A stretch of 63,962 nucleotides of DNA, filler included, from Octopus bimaculoides (taxonomy: Eukaryota), in assembly GCF_001194135.2 (NCBI RefSeq). It is 6 parts of 5 records of this genome, joined end to end, with 100 filler letters (N's around TTAATTAATTAA, not from the genome) between each part and the next. Parts side by side here need not be neighbours in the genome. Positions count along the whole stretch, not along the records: positions 62,849 to 63,962 come from NW_026319874.1; 5 more parts are not named here. One strand, written 5' to 3'. A program made the position numbers and the translations under genes. The number at the start of each line of letters is the position of its first letter. Positions within the stretch are counted from its first letter, which is position 1. The notes under the pieces were generated by a model. The model was not told the origin of the DNA. It worked only from the letters and a program-made list of their open reading frames with translations, and ran no database searches. Positions 62,749 through 63,962 of the stretch are shown piece after piece.

Positions 62749-62848
62749 NNNNNNNNNNNNNNNNNNNNNNNNNNNNNNNNNNNNNNNNNNNNTTAATTAA
62801 TTAANNNNNNNNNNNNNNNNNNNNNNNNNNNNNNNNNNNNNNNNNNNN
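62749..62848. other. Assembly spacer
   Basis: Same layout. Confidence 0.95.
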
Positions 62849-62889
62849 GGCATCCCTAAACCTCCCTTTAAAGGCTTTTGACAGCAGAC

Positions 62890-63143
62890 AGAACAGAGAC
62901 GAAATACCGCTAAGCATTTCGTCCGGCGTGCTAAAGTTTCTTATTTCTTTATTGCCCACAAGGGGCTAAACATAGAGAAGACAAATAAGGACAGACACAA
63001 AGATTGAGTCGATTACATCGACCCCAGTGCGTAACTGGTACTTATTTATCGACCCCGAGAGGATGAAAGGCAAAGTTGATCTCGGCGGAATTTGAACTCA
63101 GAACGTAAAGTCAGACGAAATACCGCTAAGCATTTAATACAGC

Positions 63144-63174
<31 letters not shown>

Positions 63175-63520
63175 CTTTTCTACTCTAGGCACAAGGCCCA
63201 AAATTTTTGGGTAGAGGGCCAGTAGATTAGATCGACCCCAGTACGAAATTGGTACTTAATTTATCGACCCCAGCATGCTAAAGTTTCTTATTTCTTTATT
63301 GCTCACAAGGGGCTAAACATAGAGGGGACAAACACGGACAGACAAAGGGATTAAGTCGATTACATCGACCCCAGTGCGTAACTGGTACTTAATTTATCGA
63401 CCCCGAAAGAATCAAAGGCAAAGTCGACCTCGGCGGAATTTGAACTCAGAACGTAACAGCAGACGAAATACCGCTAAGCATTTCGCCCGGTGTGCTATCG
63501 TCTCAGCCAGCTCGCCGCCC
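62890..63520 (-). mobile_element. Cluster of three young SINE family C copies
   Basis: Repeated GATTACATCGACCCCAGTGCGTAACTGGTAC...GAAATACCGCTAAGCATTT with CpGs intact. Confidence 0.85.
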
Positions 63521-63962
63521 TTGTACAATCTGTATAATGCAACATTAATTTTCCTGAATCGTATATTTATTTCTCTCTGCTAGTTTCTGTAATAACATAA
63601 TTTAGTATGTCTTGCTCAATGATTTAGAGTTCATTAGTTAATTAGAGAATGCTATTAATCAGAGAAATCTATAAGAAAAGCGATCAATAAAATAATTACT
63701 TTCTCATTCCAGTTGTACAAATGAATAAAGTAAAATGAAAGCGAGTCAAAGCAATATATATAAATTCCAAACAGACTGAAGACTACCATAGACTTCCAAT
63801 TATTTAAGAAGAATTCTAAGAAATGTCTTTCAGCATATTAGTGTAAGTATTAGTGTGAAGAGGAGGGGTAGGCACACTTGTTGGAATCTCCGATATCTGC
63901 TCTGGCTCTGAGTTCTGAGTTTGAAACCCTGTGGTTGGGAAGCACTCCTGCGCCCCCCCCCC

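Overview
This is AT-rich, microsatellite-dense eukaryotic DNA from a fragmented draft assembly. It looks like an octopus or other coleoid cephalopod, judged from remembered repeat families and not from a database search. (1) Bases 1-10.2 kb hold the last six coding exons of RBM39/CAPER (+), covering RRM1, RRM2, a long low-complexity linker and the UHM. All introns are GT-AG with consistent phases. (2) An isolated minus-strand exon at 14961-15081 reads like TM2-ECL1-TM3 of an adhesion GPCR. (3) A CpG-poor block at 40.4-57.9 kb contains a chain of phase-compatible minus-strand exons of a gene I cannot identify. It includes a candidate 9-nt microexon, an exon duplicated into a new frame, and a 5-bp frameshift variant duplicated across a gap. 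(4) The rest is transposon debris: several tRNA-headed SINE families; RTE, CR1 and R4/Dong-like LINE relics; a Gypsy integrase relic; piggyBac-, hAT- and mariner-type MITEs; a Tc1 copy with a Helitron inserted in its last codon; and a second Helitron. (5) Two minimal hammerhead-ribozyme-like motifs of the Penelope type occur, one nearly intact (23976-24012, minus) and one inside a tRNA-headed element in the last RBM39 intron. Five 100-bp spacers (44 N + TTAATTAATTAA + 44 N) are assembly joins, so adjacency across them is uncertain. Repeat boundaries are approximate unless TIRs or TSDs are quoted. There is no CRISPR array or rRNA, and no convincing true tRNA gene.
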